Shown here piece by piece: positions 21,318-30,210 of a DNA stretch of 64,000 bases (its first letter is position 1; the number at the start of each line of letters is the position of its first letter). The stretch lies in the IMG/VR virus record IMGVR_UViG_3300049460_000128, positions 232,595-296,594 of that record, one strand, 5' to 3'. The notes beneath the pieces were generated by a model, which did not search any database, was not told the origin of the DNA, and saw nothing but the letters and a program-made list of their open reading frames with translations. The translations under genes and the position numbers were made by a program.

Positions 21318-21527
21318 ATGAAGCTTTTCGCTATATCGGCCCTGTGTGCTTTGATTCTCATAAGTATCATCGTACTGTCTGGCTGCGCTCAATCAATCAT
21401 CCCAACCCCAACTCCATTCACCACCGGCGAAGAAGTCCAACCAGTTAAGGGTTGCTTGATGCTGCGTGAAGAAGTTGAAAAGTACAATGCCAAGCATCCT
21501 CAATCACCCAAGAAGGCGGATTGCTAA
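21318..21527 (+). CDS. Small lipoprotein
   Basis: Lipobox LSGC; two further Cys (PVKGC ... KADC). Confidence 0.8.
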   Translation: MKLFAISALCALILISIIVLSGCAQSIIPTPTPFTTGEEVQPVKGCLMLREEVEKYNAKHPQSPKKADC

Positions 21528-21913
21528 TGGACATTATTCACGACACCTTGGCTGAGATTCATAAACGAGTCTACGGCCATTTCACTTACCAGACAGATCT
21601 GGAACAATACGGCGTGCTGGAAAAGTGGGTTATGCCCACTGATACATTCCAGGATTTCAAGGGCGACTGTGAAGATTTTGCCCTTGCTTGCCGTAAACTC
21701 TGCACCGCATCCACCAACCCATTGCTGCCAACCCGTTTGGTGGTTTGTACTATTGATGGCGAAGGGCATTGCGTTCTGGAATGCCAGGGCTGGATCATGT
21801 GCTGCAATCAGAAGACTCTCATGAGCCGCGATCAGTTGGCAAAAGAAGGTTACGAATGGCTGTATATCAGTGGCTTCCATCCCAACGATGCTTGGCACAA
21901 AATTACAGGTTGA
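21527..21913 (+). CDS. Transglutaminase-like cysteine protease (BTLCP/LapG family) catalytic domain
   Basis: YQTDLEQYG..EKW, GDCEDFAL and GHCVL motifs; TAATG coupling to the lipoprotein. Confidence 0.82.
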   Translation: MDIIHDTLAEIHKRVYGHFTYQTDLEQYGVLEKWVMPTDTFQDFKGDCEDFALACRKLCTASTNPLLPTRLVVCTIDGEGHCVLECQGWIMCCNQKTLMSRDQLAKEGYEWLYISGFHPNDAWHKITG

Positions 21914-21965
21914 TTTTTGTTCATTTGTCAACTATAATTCACATATTAGGTCAACAGGAGTGCAT

Positions 21966-22088
21966 ATGAACAACGAACAAATTGTTTATCCGAAATACGG
22001 TAATGCCATTGACAACATGCTGTGCGTCTATGGTGGTGCAACCCTGGTGGCCATCTGCATGACGATCTATACGTTAATTCATGTATAA
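21966..22088 (+). CDS. Small membrane protein (40 aa)
   Basis: RBS AGGAG; promoter TTGATT-17-TATAAT at 21910-21938. Confidence 0.6.
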   Translation: MNNEQIVYPKYGNAIDNMLCVYGGATLVAICMTIYTLIHV

Positions 22089-22302
22089 CATTTGGCAACG
22101 CGAATACGAGTTTGCCATTCAGGTAAAACTCCCAACTGAATCACGCACAACAAGTCATACGGATTGGTTGCGTGAAAATGTTGGTCATGAAAATCTTGAT
22201 TGGGCCTATGGCTTCGTCACAGCCACACTGGATGTTATCGTCTATCAATTCTACTTCCGCGACGAAGGCGACTTAGCTCGTTTCAAGCTGGCAATGTTGT
22301 AA
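22081..22302 (+). CDS. FxDExDA-family small protein
   Basis: FYFRDEGDLARFKLAML. Confidence 0.8.
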   Translation: MYNIWQREYEFAIQVKLPTESRTTSHTDWLRENVGHENLDWAYGFVTATLDVIVYQFYFRDEGDLARFKLAML

Positions 22303-22394
22303 TCAAAATAATATTGATCCAGATACGTAATACGTGCCTAATATTACGGTGGTGTGGCTACATCCCGCAGTCATACCTTTCCATTAGAGGACGT

Positions 22395-22589
22395 ATGACT
22401 AAAAATATCAAACTCGTTGTGATAGCTGTTCTGGCTATCCTCTTTATCTGGGCAGGCTTCTCAATCAAGGAAGCTTGGACTCATGTATCCACACAAGCGG
22501 AACAAAGCACCATGCTGATGTGGACTGTGGGTTGGCTGTTGTCGCCAGCTGCCACCGCTGCCTTGTTGAAAATCCTTACAGACGAATAA
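22395..22589 (+). CDS. Small two-TM membrane protein
   Basis: RBS GAGG; MTKNIKLVVIAVLAILFIW. Confidence 0.7.
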   Translation: MTKNIKLVVIAVLAILFIWAGFSIKEAWTHVSTQAEQSTMLMWTVGWLLSPAATAALLKILTDE

Positions 22590-22631
22590 TCGTGCTACAA
22601 TACGGTTTTGAGCAATTGCGAAAGGATGAGT

Positions 22632-23009
22632 ATGACCTGGAATGCAGAGCAATACCTGAAAGGTCAGCACATACGGCAATTGCTTCAACTCCGCAATGCT
22701 TGCCATAAGTTCAATGGCTACTACGATATCTGCGACCATAGCGGTTGTGTGGTGACTATCGATCAAGTATTGGCGGAACTCAACACGCGGCCACACTTGG
22801 CACGTGGTAAAGAAGCTAAACTGTTGCGGCGGCTCATGGCAGAAAATCGCATGACTGACGAGCAAGTGCGGGCAATTCCAAAATTCGCGACCATGTTGGC
22901 ACAAGCGCAACCACGTCGTGTTGTATCGGCCGAAACATACAATCAGTACAAAATGGCTGCTCCTGAATGCTGGGTGACCAAAAAGATGATTGTATTGCCT
23001 AAGCCATGA
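22632..23009 (+). CDS. Hypothetical protein
   Basis: RBS AAGGA; ATGA-coupled to the next gene. Confidence 0.7.
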   Translation: MTWNAEQYLKGQHIRQLLQLRNACHKFNGYYDICDHSGCVVTIDQVLAELNTRPHLARGKEAKLLRRLMAENRMTDEQVRAIPKFATMLAQAQPRRVVSAETYNQYKMAAPECWVTKKMIVLPKP

Positions 23010-23293
23010 GCCGCATGGTTTATTTCGCAGATGGTGCCCCGATGGAACCAGCCTGGCGTCATTTACCGTTCTTTGACATAGCCGTTCATTCGATCAATGA
23101 TAAGTTGAATATTGATGAATACAAGGAAATGATCGACTTCCTTGGCACCACGTCTAGTAGGACGTTGAGATTCCAGATACCTGGTGATATTTGGAATATT
23201 GATGTGATTCGTTATTTCTTTGATGATGACGAAAGCAAGGCTGTATTCCGGTTAAAGTATTACCAGCTTGAATACGTGACTCTTCCACCATAA
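23006..23293 (+). CDS. FxDExDA-family small protein
   Basis: YFFDDDESKAVFRLKYY. Confidence 0.78.
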   Translation: MSRMVYFADGAPMEPAWRHLPFFDIAVHSINDKLNIDEYKEMIDFLGTTSSRTLRFQIPGDIWNIDVIRYFFDDDESKAVFRLKYYQLEYVTLPP

Positions 23294-23298
23294 ATAGC

Positions 23299-23327
23299 TT
23301 GACGATGTGGTAAAGTAATACTATACT
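23299..23327 (+). promoter_or_regulatory. sigma70-type promoter for the tRNA pair
   Basis: TTGACG-17-TATACT. Confidence 0.8.
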
Positions 23328-23341
23328 GTCTTGCAACATTT

Positions 23342-23420
<79 letters not shown>

Positions 23421-23423
23421 TTT

Positions 23424-23498
23424 GGACCGTTAGCTCAGGGGCAGAGCGCAGAACTCATAATTCTAGGGTCACTGGTTCGAAACCAGTACGGTTCACCA
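23424..23498 (+). tRNA. tRNA with CAT anticodon, probably elongator Met (Ile2 not excluded)
   Basis: Acceptor GGACCGT/ACGGTTC, A73, CCA; loop CTCATAA; paired 1:72 so not an initiator. Confidence 0.88.
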
Positions 23499-23505
23499 TT
23501 CCATA

Positions 23506-23850
23506 TCATCCAACATTAAATTGTTGGACATTTCCCGTAATATTATCAACACTCCACGCACTTCCATCCAGATCTTCAACATCTGTGATCGTCACCCCAT
23601 TCGCATCGGCTGACTGTTTAATGGTCGTCAAGGCCTTGACCAAAACGTCATGGGTCAGTTGACCGTTTGAACTTACTGCCACACTAAAGACTGTTGTGCC
23701 ACTTGCTGTTTGCGTAGTGGTAAATTGTCCCGGTGCTGGCTTGGCATCATGCCCTTCTTTCCAACGAGCTTGTTTGAGTGCGGCCTTGACATTGTCGACG
23801 TATTGCTCAGGTGATAAATTTTCTGCTTCGATGAGTTCGTGATATCGCAT
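23506..23850 (-). CDS. Late hypothetical, possibly virion-internal protein (114 aa)
   Basis: RBS GGAG; MRYHELIEAE; ATAAATA at 23871-23877. This is the real part of the 488-aa track ORF. Confidence 0.75.
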   Translation of the reverse strand: MRYHELIEAENLSPEQYVDNVKAALKQARWKEGHDAKPAPGQFTTTQTASGTTVFSVAVSSNGQLTHDVLVKALTTIKQSADANGVTITDVEDLDGSAWSVDNITGNVQQFNVG

Positions 23851-23973
23851 ATAGTCTCCAGATCTTTTGATATTTATTGTCAGTAAGTTGAAAAATGCCA
23901 GTTTGGCATAATCAACTTTACACGCTATAGTTTGATCTGGCAACAACGCCATGCAACTACAAACAACAACAAC

Positions 23974-25071
23974 ATGTCTAAAGTATTTTTGGAAAAAGGC
24001 CCGATCTATACCGTGGCCGATCGCGAGAGCATGACTTATCTGGACAAACTGCCTAGCGGCAATTTCCTGATCAAGTTCTCCCCATTCATGGGTGGTTACT
24101 ACTTCGAGAAGATTGAATCCTTCACGATGGACCACAAAGTGTATGGCAATACCAATCGTCATGCTGATCGCATCCTGGCAACCTTCAAGGATCGTCCGGC
24201 AAGTACTGGCGTGCTGTTGAGCGGCGAAAAAGGTTCGGGCAAAACTCTGCTGGCAAAACGCATCTCCATGGATGCAGCAGCGGCAGAAGACGTGCCAACC
24301 CTGATCATCAACACCCCGCTGCACGGTGACGAGTTCAATCAGTTCATCCAAGAACTGAAACAACCAGCAATCCTGCTGTTCGACGAGTTCGAGAAAGTGT
24401 ACGATCGCGAACAACAAGACAGCATCCTGACCCTGCTGGACGGCGTTTTCGCATCCAAGAAGCTGTTCGTGATGACCTGCAACGAAGTGCATCGCATCAA
24501 CGACTACATGCGTAACCGCCCAGGTCGTATCTTCTACGCCATCAACTTCGAAGGTCTGGACGCCGCATTCATCCGTGAATACTGCGAAGACAATCTGGCT
24601 AACAAAGCCAACATCGAATCGGTGTGCCGTGCTGCTGTGATGTTCGATCGCTTCAACTTCGACATCCTGAAAGCACTCGTGGAAGAGATGAATCGCTACA
24701 ACGAGACCGCCAGCGAAGCACTGGAACTCCTGAACGCGAAACCATACGGCGACGCCCAAGTGTTCGACATTGACATGAACGTGCGTGGCACTCAGATCCC
24801 TGCCAAATACCTGTATCCTGAACAGATCCACGGTATGCCTCTGCAACACGACGAACTGGATATCGATATCAATCACTATCCAATGACCCAAGCAGAGCAG
24901 GACGACGACGACACCACGGAAAGCGCATTCGACGGCGAACAGAAGTTCAACCAGAACAACCTGGTATCGCATGACATGGTCAAAGGCGTGTACGTGTACA
25001 ACAACGGCGAATCGGTCATGACCTTGACCCGCCGCGTGAACGTGAAGAACGACTTCCGTCGCTTCCTGTAA
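23974..25071 (+). CDS. AAA+ ATPase (single module)
   Basis: Walker A GEKGSGKT, Walker B LLFDEFEK, sensor TCN, RPGR arginine finger. Confidence 0.9.
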   Translation: MSKVFLEKGPIYTVADRESMTYLDKLPSGNFLIKFSPFMGGYYFEKIESFTMDHKVYGNTNRHADRILATFKDRPASTGVLLSGEKGSGKTLLAKRISMDAAAAEDVPTLIINTPLHGDEFNQFIQELKQPAILLFDEFEKVYDREQQDSILTLLDGVFASKKLFVMTCNEVHRINDYMRNRPGRIFYAINFEGLDAAFIREYCEDNLANKANIESVCRAAVMFDRFNFDILKALVEEMNRYNETASEALELLNAKPYGDAQVFDIDMNVRGTQIPAKYLYPEQIHGMPLQHDELDIDINHYPMTQAEQDDDDTTESAFDGEQKFNQNNLVSHDMVKGVYVYNNGESVMTLTRRVNVKNDFRRFL

Positions 25072-25090
25072 CTAGCAAGGTTGTAGTAAG

Positions 25091-25143
25091 ACAACATTCA
25101 TCTTTAGTTCAACATTGACTTTAGATGAATGTTGTAGTAATAT
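25091..25143 (+). promoter_or_regulatory. sigma70 promoter within a 13-bp inverted repeat
   Basis: ACAACATTCATCT 25091-103 / AGATGAATGTTGT 25123-135 flank TTGACT; -10 TAATAT at 17-bp spacing. Confidence 0.75.
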
Positions 25144-25173
25144 GGCTTCTAGTGTTATACCTAGGAGACAAAA

Positions 25174-25473
25174 GTGAGCGAGTTTTATCTGCGTACCGGC
25201 CGTGAATGTTTTGTTATCATGCCATCTGGCATCGCTCATCAGTGGCAATTACGGGAAAATTGCTCGTTTACAGACGATGACCTGATGTTTATACCAGGGC
25301 AACGTGAACTGTTCAATCCCCGCTTCAAACGCCTGCCTTGCATCCAGCAAGCACGCGCCAAACAAATGAACCAACACGACTATTATACTGTCTTCCTCCG
25401 TGAAGCACGTCATTCGGGTGAAACGTATTTGCTCGCCGTACACTTGACGGAAAACGATACTGACGACGATTGA
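25174..25473 (+). CDS. Hypothetical protein
   Basis: RBS AGGAG with GTG start. Confidence 0.7.
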   Translation: MSEFYLRTGRECFVIMPSGIAHQWQLRENCSFTDDDLMFIPGQRELFNPRFKRLPCIQQARAKQMNQHDYYTVFLREARHSGETYLLAVHLTENDTDDD

Positions 25474-25507
25474 TTGCTGTATAATGGTGCTTTATTGGAG
25501 TCTATAA

Positions 25508-25855
25508 ATGCCTCATAAACAAGTAGCTGCGGATTTGGCAAAAGCGAAATCACTCAATCTCGTGGACATCGATCGCTGGAGCGAAGGGATGGACCACCAT
25601 CCTATGTCTGAACGCAGCATCCGCTTCATAGCTGCTGAAGGCACCATGGACATTAGTGTGGGTGGCGACGGCGATGACGGTGAAACAATGATGTTCGTCC
25701 TGGATGCTTTCTGGGAAAGTAAGCCCGACATTAAAGTGTCACCAGACGTCATAAGCCGTCACCTGGCAGCAGCAAATCTGAAAGATGACCCCAACGTCAT
25801 TGCTGCCTTGAAAGCAATATTCCTTGAAGTTGACCTAACCTTGGTAGTCGAATGA
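25508..25855 (+). CDS. Hypothetical protein
   Basis: RBS GGAG; 115 aa. Confidence 0.75.
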   Translation: MPHKQVAADLAKAKSLNLVDIDRWSEGMDHHPMSERSIRFIAAEGTMDISVGGDGDDGETMMFVLDAFWESKPDIKVSPDVISRHLAAANLKDDPNVIAALKAIFLEVDLTLVVE

Positions 25856-26097
25856 TCGTCGCATTCCGACTGCGATTCCCCAAGCCAACTGACACAGTTG
25901 ATATTCAGACGGATATGAACAAATGGTTGGAAGAGATTAGCGGCCTTAATACATTCGATCGGTGGCACTGGAACCCTCTCGGGATTACTCAACCACAATT
26001 CCGCGACTGGGAACTGCAAATTCCAGACGAAGAAATTTCGGTTACATTCAAAATTCGATGGTCTGAATACGTGACTGATAGTCGGAGCATAAAATGA
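25852..26097 (+). CDS. FxDExDA-family small protein
   Basis: LQIPDEEISVTFKIRW. Confidence 0.75.
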   Translation: MIVAFRLRFPKPTDTVDIQTDMNKWLEEISGLNTFDRWHWNPLGITQPQFRDWELQIPDEEISVTFKIRWSEYVTDSRSIK

Positions 26098-26306
26098 TCA
26101 CTCATCCCGCAGCACCAGACTGGTTTTCCTGCACACTTGATGCCAAACATCTACCCGCTATCCACGCTTGGATGACCGAACATCAAACCAATGAACTGTC
26201 GGTTCATCTTATGAAAACCGACAAGCAGGTATTCGTTTTCTTTAAAGACGAAGCATTGGCAGCAGTATTCAAACTGGCGTTCATTGATCACATCCTACCA
26301 GAATAG
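26094..26306 (+). CDS. FxDExDA-family small protein
   Basis: VFFKDEALAAVFKLAF. Confidence 0.8.
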   Translation: MITHPAAPDWFSCTLDAKHLPAIHAWMTEHQTNELSVHLMKTDKQVFVFFKDEALAAVFKLAFIDHILPE

Positions 26307-26347
26307 CATATTGCTAGAGTGTAAATAAGGCTTTACACTTTAATACT

Positions 26348-26563
26348 ATGATACCCCTTTGTACCTATATCCTACTCTCACTCGTAAGCTTCATTTATCT
26401 ACTGGTCAAATATAACAGCTGGTTTCTCAACATCTTCCGCAAGTGGAATAAACAGAACGCCAAGTTTATTCTCATGGTTGCAACTTTCATCTACATAATA
26501 TCGCCAGTCGTATCTGTGATTGAAATCACAAACGCTATCTGGCAATATCAGAAATCCCTATAA
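26348..26563 (+). CDS. Small two-TM membrane protein
   Basis: Two hydrophobic segments; promoter TTGCTA-17-TACACT just upstream. Confidence 0.65.
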   Translation: MIPLCTYILLSLVSFIYLLVKYNSWFLNIFRKWNKQNAKFILMVATFIYIISPVVSVIEITNAIWQYQKSL

Positions 26564-26592
26564 GGAACTTGAAGTCATGTTAAAGTGGCTTC

Positions 26593-26880
26593 ATGACCAA
26601 AATCCCACTCCATATTGTACCATTTGATATTCATGCGAAAGCTATGGGTAAGAAGCATGACGACATGCTCAAATGGATTAGCTGGCCACACAACCTGGAC
26701 CCGCAATATGTGCTTGAGGTTAAACATTATGGATTCAACCTCTCCGATTTGTTTCCACAAATGAAGCAAATTGCCGACTGGATGACTTGCAACCAAATGA
26801 CTCATTGGCCCATGTATGGCCGGCATCGCATTTACCTAATGGAACAAGACGTAGTCCAATTGAAACTAACATGGTTATAA
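26593..26880 (+). CDS. FxDExDA-family small protein (divergent)
   Basis: IYLMEQDVVQLKLTWL. Confidence 0.7.
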   Translation: MTKIPLHIVPFDIHAKAMGKKHDDMLKWISWPHNLDPQYVLEVKHYGFNLSDLFPQMKQIADWMTCNQMTHWPMYGRHRIYLMEQDVVQLKLTWL

Positions 26881-27158
26881 CTTTCACTACACACACGGAG
26901 TTCACCCAAGAATTGAGGTGGTGGGATGCTGTGAAGAACAGGCACGATGCCTTTATACCCAAAGTAATAGCTGAATTCTCATTTGAAGACTACGAGACCT
27001 ATTTCAACTCTGGGAAACGTCCCACACAATGGCTTCACGATAATAATCGCCCATATTGCATGTATCGCACCCCAGATCCTAATTTTGTGGGCACCGGTAC
27101 GGTTCAAGTTTATCTAGCAAGTGAAGACGATGCAGTTATGTGGAGATTGACCCTGTGA
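26871..27158 (+). CDS. FxDExDA-family small protein
   Basis: VYLASEDDAVMWRLTL; start reassigned to ATG 26871. Confidence 0.75.
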   Translation: MVITFTTHTEFTQELRWWDAVKNRHDAFIPKVIAEFSFEDYETYFNSGKRPTQWLHDNNRPYCMYRTPDPNFVGTGTVQVYLASEDDAVMWRLTL

Positions 27159-27451
27159 TCCAGTATAAGACCATACGTGAACACAAACGTGGCTGGAATA
27201 TGACTACTCATTCATTCTGGGCAGGAAGCGTCACCCCACGTCACCATATGCGTTTTAAACCTCGCCTGATAGTCTTTATCGAACACAAGACGTTTAATGA
27301 CGAGCGGTCACTTCCAAGTCACCATGACGTATTCAGCACAATAGTGAGACTGGGTATTACCTTCGCTATCTACCATAACAGCGATCATAACATCACACTG
27401 TTGATGAATGACGAAGCTGAGATCGCAACACTGCGACTGGCATTGGCATGA
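27155..27451 (+). CDS. FxDExDA-family small protein
   Basis: LLMNDEAEIATLRLAL; GTGA-coupled start assumed. Confidence 0.7.
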   Translation: MIQYKTIREHKRGWNMTTHSFWAGSVTPRHHMRFKPRLIVFIEHKTFNDERSLPSHHDVFSTIVRLGITFAIYHNSDHNITLLMNDEAEIATLRLALA

Positions 27452-27717
27452 GTATAAAATTCTACACAGGCGATGAATTCAGAGCCCGGAAAGCATTCCA
27501 AACAATAATGATTGCTGGCGGGTATGGTGCGATAAACTATAACGAAATCAAGTTTATGATCGTCATAGCAGTAATCCGCAACATACCGCAAACAATGCAA
27601 GATTTCTTATCTGAACACAATATCGCATTCTCACATTTTCCCACTTACATGGGCTTCCACTTCATTGCCATCAATAATGAAGATGACTTTGCATTCACAA
27701 AATTAACATGGATATAG
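27448..27717 (+). CDS. FxDExDA-family small protein
   Basis: IAINNEDDFAFTKLTWI. Confidence 0.75.
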   Translation: MSIKFYTGDEFRARKAFQTIMIAGGYGAINYNEIKFMIVIAVIRNIPQTMQDFLSEHNIAFSHFPTYMGFHFIAINNEDDFAFTKLTWI

Positions 27718-27989
27718 AATACTGGCCCGGCGCTGAATTTAAAACACAATTGCAACATAGATGGACTATCGCCACTTATCACCCAAATCAGGTTATACAC
27801 CCAACTGATTTCGTGATCGCATATCCATATGATCGCCTAACGGTCAGAACACCAAATGACCTTATGGAGTTCAAAGACCTGTTGGATGAACATCAGATCG
27901 AATACAACTTCCTATTCACCCCATCGAAAGTGGCATACTTCATAATCAACTCAGAAGACACTATGGCTATGATCAAACTCATATGCTGA
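27708..27989 (+). CDS. FxDExDA-family small protein
   Basis: FIINSEDTMAMIKLIC. Confidence 0.72.
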   Translation: MDIEYWPGAEFKTQLQHRWTIATYHPNQVIHPTDFVIAYPYDRLTVRTPNDLMEFKDLLDEHQIEYNFLFTPSKVAYFIINSEDTMAMIKLIC

Positions 27990-28276
27990 TTCAAATCCAT
28001 AAAAGCAACGATATATTGGAACGGCATAAAATAAATTGCTCCATGATGTATCAAATCATGCAAGAGTTTAATTACCCAATCTGCATGACATTCACTCTCT
28101 CCTACGACGCACCATTAGACGCTGCCCTAAACATGAGCGTAGTACGAACCAAAATCCATGAACTGGCAACAACACTGACAGATCAACCAACTCCTATCTT
28201 CACCATACTGCTACGGCAATCCGTGATCTTCCTCCCAGACGAAGAAACAGCAACCATCCTTAGACTCATGTGTTGA
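27983..28276 (+). CDS. FxDExDA-family small protein
   Basis: IFLPDEETATILRLMC. Confidence 0.72.
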   Translation: MLIQIHKSNDILERHKINCSMMYQIMQEFNYPICMTFTLSYDAPLDAALNMSVVRTKIHELATTLTDQPTPIFTILLRQSVIFLPDEETATILRLMC

Positions 28277-28326
28277 CTTCAAATGAATATCAGTGTATCA
28301 TGTGGTTAATGACATAGGAGAATGCA

Positions 28327-28965
28327 ATGAAAAACCAAGCACAAACACTCATGGATGAAATCAACGATCTGAAGTCCAGCCTGGTATATGATCGCAATGC
28401 CATTCAAACCCTCCTGGCAAAAACTGCCCTGGATGCCTCCCGTCTGAAACAGGCCGAAGAAGAACTCAATCACCTCAAATACGCTAACCTGGATTACTCC
28501 CAAGTACCATGGGCCGAACTCCTAAACGTGGACGCCGGCGGCAATACGAACAAAGAACTCAAACATCATATCAACAATATGATGGAAGGTAAGATGGGCA
28601 TCCAATGCTCCTCCTACAACGTACACACCCTCCAAACCGCACCACAAATCTATATCAACTACCCAGATGTCTCCACACACTACAAAGAACTCCTGGTACG
28701 TGTTCTCGATATCCTGGCCAAAAATCTGAAACCAACCGAAACTCGAGCACGCTTCAACAAAGAACCACAACTGGGTCAAATGATCTCCATCCTGGACCCA
28801 TCCTGCGGTGAATACGGCTCCAAACACGCTTTCCACAAAGACGGAACCTGGTATATCATCTACAACCGCACCATGGAAGCCGGCTTCCCTACCTACCCCA
28901 CCACACAAGCACTCGTAGACTACCTCTGCGAATACTTGAGCCACAACAAAGAAGACCAAGAGTAA
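28327..28965 (+). CDS. Hypothetical protein, distant paralogue of 30211..30972
   Basis: RBS AGGAG; promoter TTGACT-17-TATCAT at 28273-28301; N-terminal coiled coil. Confidence 0.8.
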   Translation: MKNQAQTLMDEINDLKSSLVYDRNAIQTLLAKTALDASRLKQAEEELNHLKYANLDYSQVPWAELLNVDAGGNTNKELKHHINNMMEGKMGIQCSSYNVHTLQTAPQIYINYPDVSTHYKELLVRVLDILAKNLKPTETRARFNKEPQLGQMISILDPSCGEYGSKHAFHKDGTWYIIYNRTMEAGFPTYPTTQALVDYLCEYLSHNKEDQE

Positions 28966-29041
28966 ACAACCACAATAACAATATCATACCACCATAATGA
29001 TTCCAACTATCAAGATATAGAAAAGATCATTAATCATATTC

Positions 29042-29132
29042 TTGACGAAATATGTCAGAAACAACGATCTCGATGTCGTAAACTCCAGGTAGGTATTTTG
29101 AAACTTGATCGATTTCTGACATATTTCCTCAA
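29042..29132. repeat. Intergenic long inverted repeat
   Basis: TTGAcGAAATATGTCAGAAA 29042-61 / TTTCTGACATATTTCcTCAA 29113-32; inner CGATC/GATCG. Confidence 0.85.
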
Positions 29133-29176
29133 AAACCTAAGAATCAACTGGTGTCAAATCTGTGTTATAATGGCAC

Positions 29177-29941
29177 ATGATTATTCAATTCTTCTCCGAC
29201 CTGCACACCGAAGACGGTGACCTCCCATATGAACCAGCCCCATGCGATGTCATCGTGATTACCGGTGACCTTGGCGTTGGGCGTGGCACTCTTGACTGGG
29301 TGGATCGCCACATGGCTGATGTCAAACAACCTATCCTAGTGGTCCCAGGCAATCATGATCCATACTATGGCCGGCTAGATGACCGGTTGGCTATGTTTGA
29401 GACCGAGTTCGCCCGGATGGGTGTAGACTTCCTGTACAACAAATCTGTCACGATTGGCGATACGTTGTTCCTGGGGACCACACTCTGGACGGATTTCAAC
29501 CTCCATGGGCAACAGTACAACAAGATGCTGATTGCTCACCAGCAGATGTTTGACTATCAGGTAATCGATGGCGACGGCCCAAATGACAAGATAACGGCCG
29601 ACGACATTTTGGCTGAACACAAGAAAGCAATCGAGTTCTTGGAGCGTGAGTTATCCGCTCGTACACCCGGTCAGAAAACTGCCGTATTGACGCACCATGC
29701 CCCTTCTGCTTTGAGTTTGGGGGATGATCACGATAATCGTTTTGCTCCCTACTACGCATCACACCTTGATGAGTTGATCTTGCGTCATCAACCAGAGTTG
29801 TGGATTCATGGCCATACGCATCGCAAGTTGCAGTATTTTATTGGCGAGGAAACCCTGGTAATGTGCAACGCCAGGGGTCGTAAAGGCCATCCAAAGTCGT
29901 GGAACAAAGAATTTGATATGCGTATGACGGTTAAAATATGA
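29177..29941 (+). CDS. Calcineurin-like metallophosphoesterase
   Basis: SDLH, TGDL, GNHD, THH and HGHTH motifs. Confidence 0.92.
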   Translation: MIIQFFSDLHTEDGDLPYEPAPCDVIVITGDLGVGRGTLDWVDRHMADVKQPILVVPGNHDPYYGRLDDRLAMFETEFARMGVDFLYNKSVTIGDTLFLGTTLWTDFNLHGQQYNKMLIAHQQMFDYQVIDGDGPNDKITADDILAEHKKAIEFLERELSARTPGQKTAVLTHHAPSALSLGDDHDNRFAPYYASHLDELILRHQPELWIHGHTHRKLQYFIGEETLVMCNARGRKGHPKSWNKEFDMRMTVKI

Positions 29942-30201
29942 TCATCGGCACTTGGGCGGACCATCCGGTTCATCTTAAAGAGCTGGTTAATAATAGGTTG
30001 CCATCTATGGAATGGGGCCTTCCCAAGTGGGTGGTTTGTAGTTACAATCGCGCCCAAGACATTGAATTCTTGAACAAATGCACGGACTGGCAACAGTGGA
30101 TAGAAGACCAGAATATTTGCGCGTATATTTGTTTGGTATCGTGTGCTATAGTTTTCATGAATGACGAGGATGTGGCACTATTTCGTTTAACTTGGTTATA
30201 A
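29938..30201 (+). CDS. FxDExDA-family small protein
   Basis: IVFMNDEDVALFRLTWL. Confidence 0.8.
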   Translation: MIIGTWADHPVHLKELVNNRLPSMEWGLPKWVVCSYNRAQDIEFLNKCTDWQQWIEDQNICAYICLVSCAIVFMNDEDVALFRLTWL

Positions 30202-30210
30202 GGATGGAAC

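Noticed and set aside
21470-21527. Canonical -1 frameshift joining lipoprotein and protease
   Set aside because: No X_XXY_YYZ heptamer in the shared open stretch; TAATG reinitiation explains the layout.
23851-24972. Upstream 374 codons of the 488-aa minus-strand track ORF
   Set aside because: Antisense to the AAA ATPase; the real gene starts at 23850 with RBS and late promoter.
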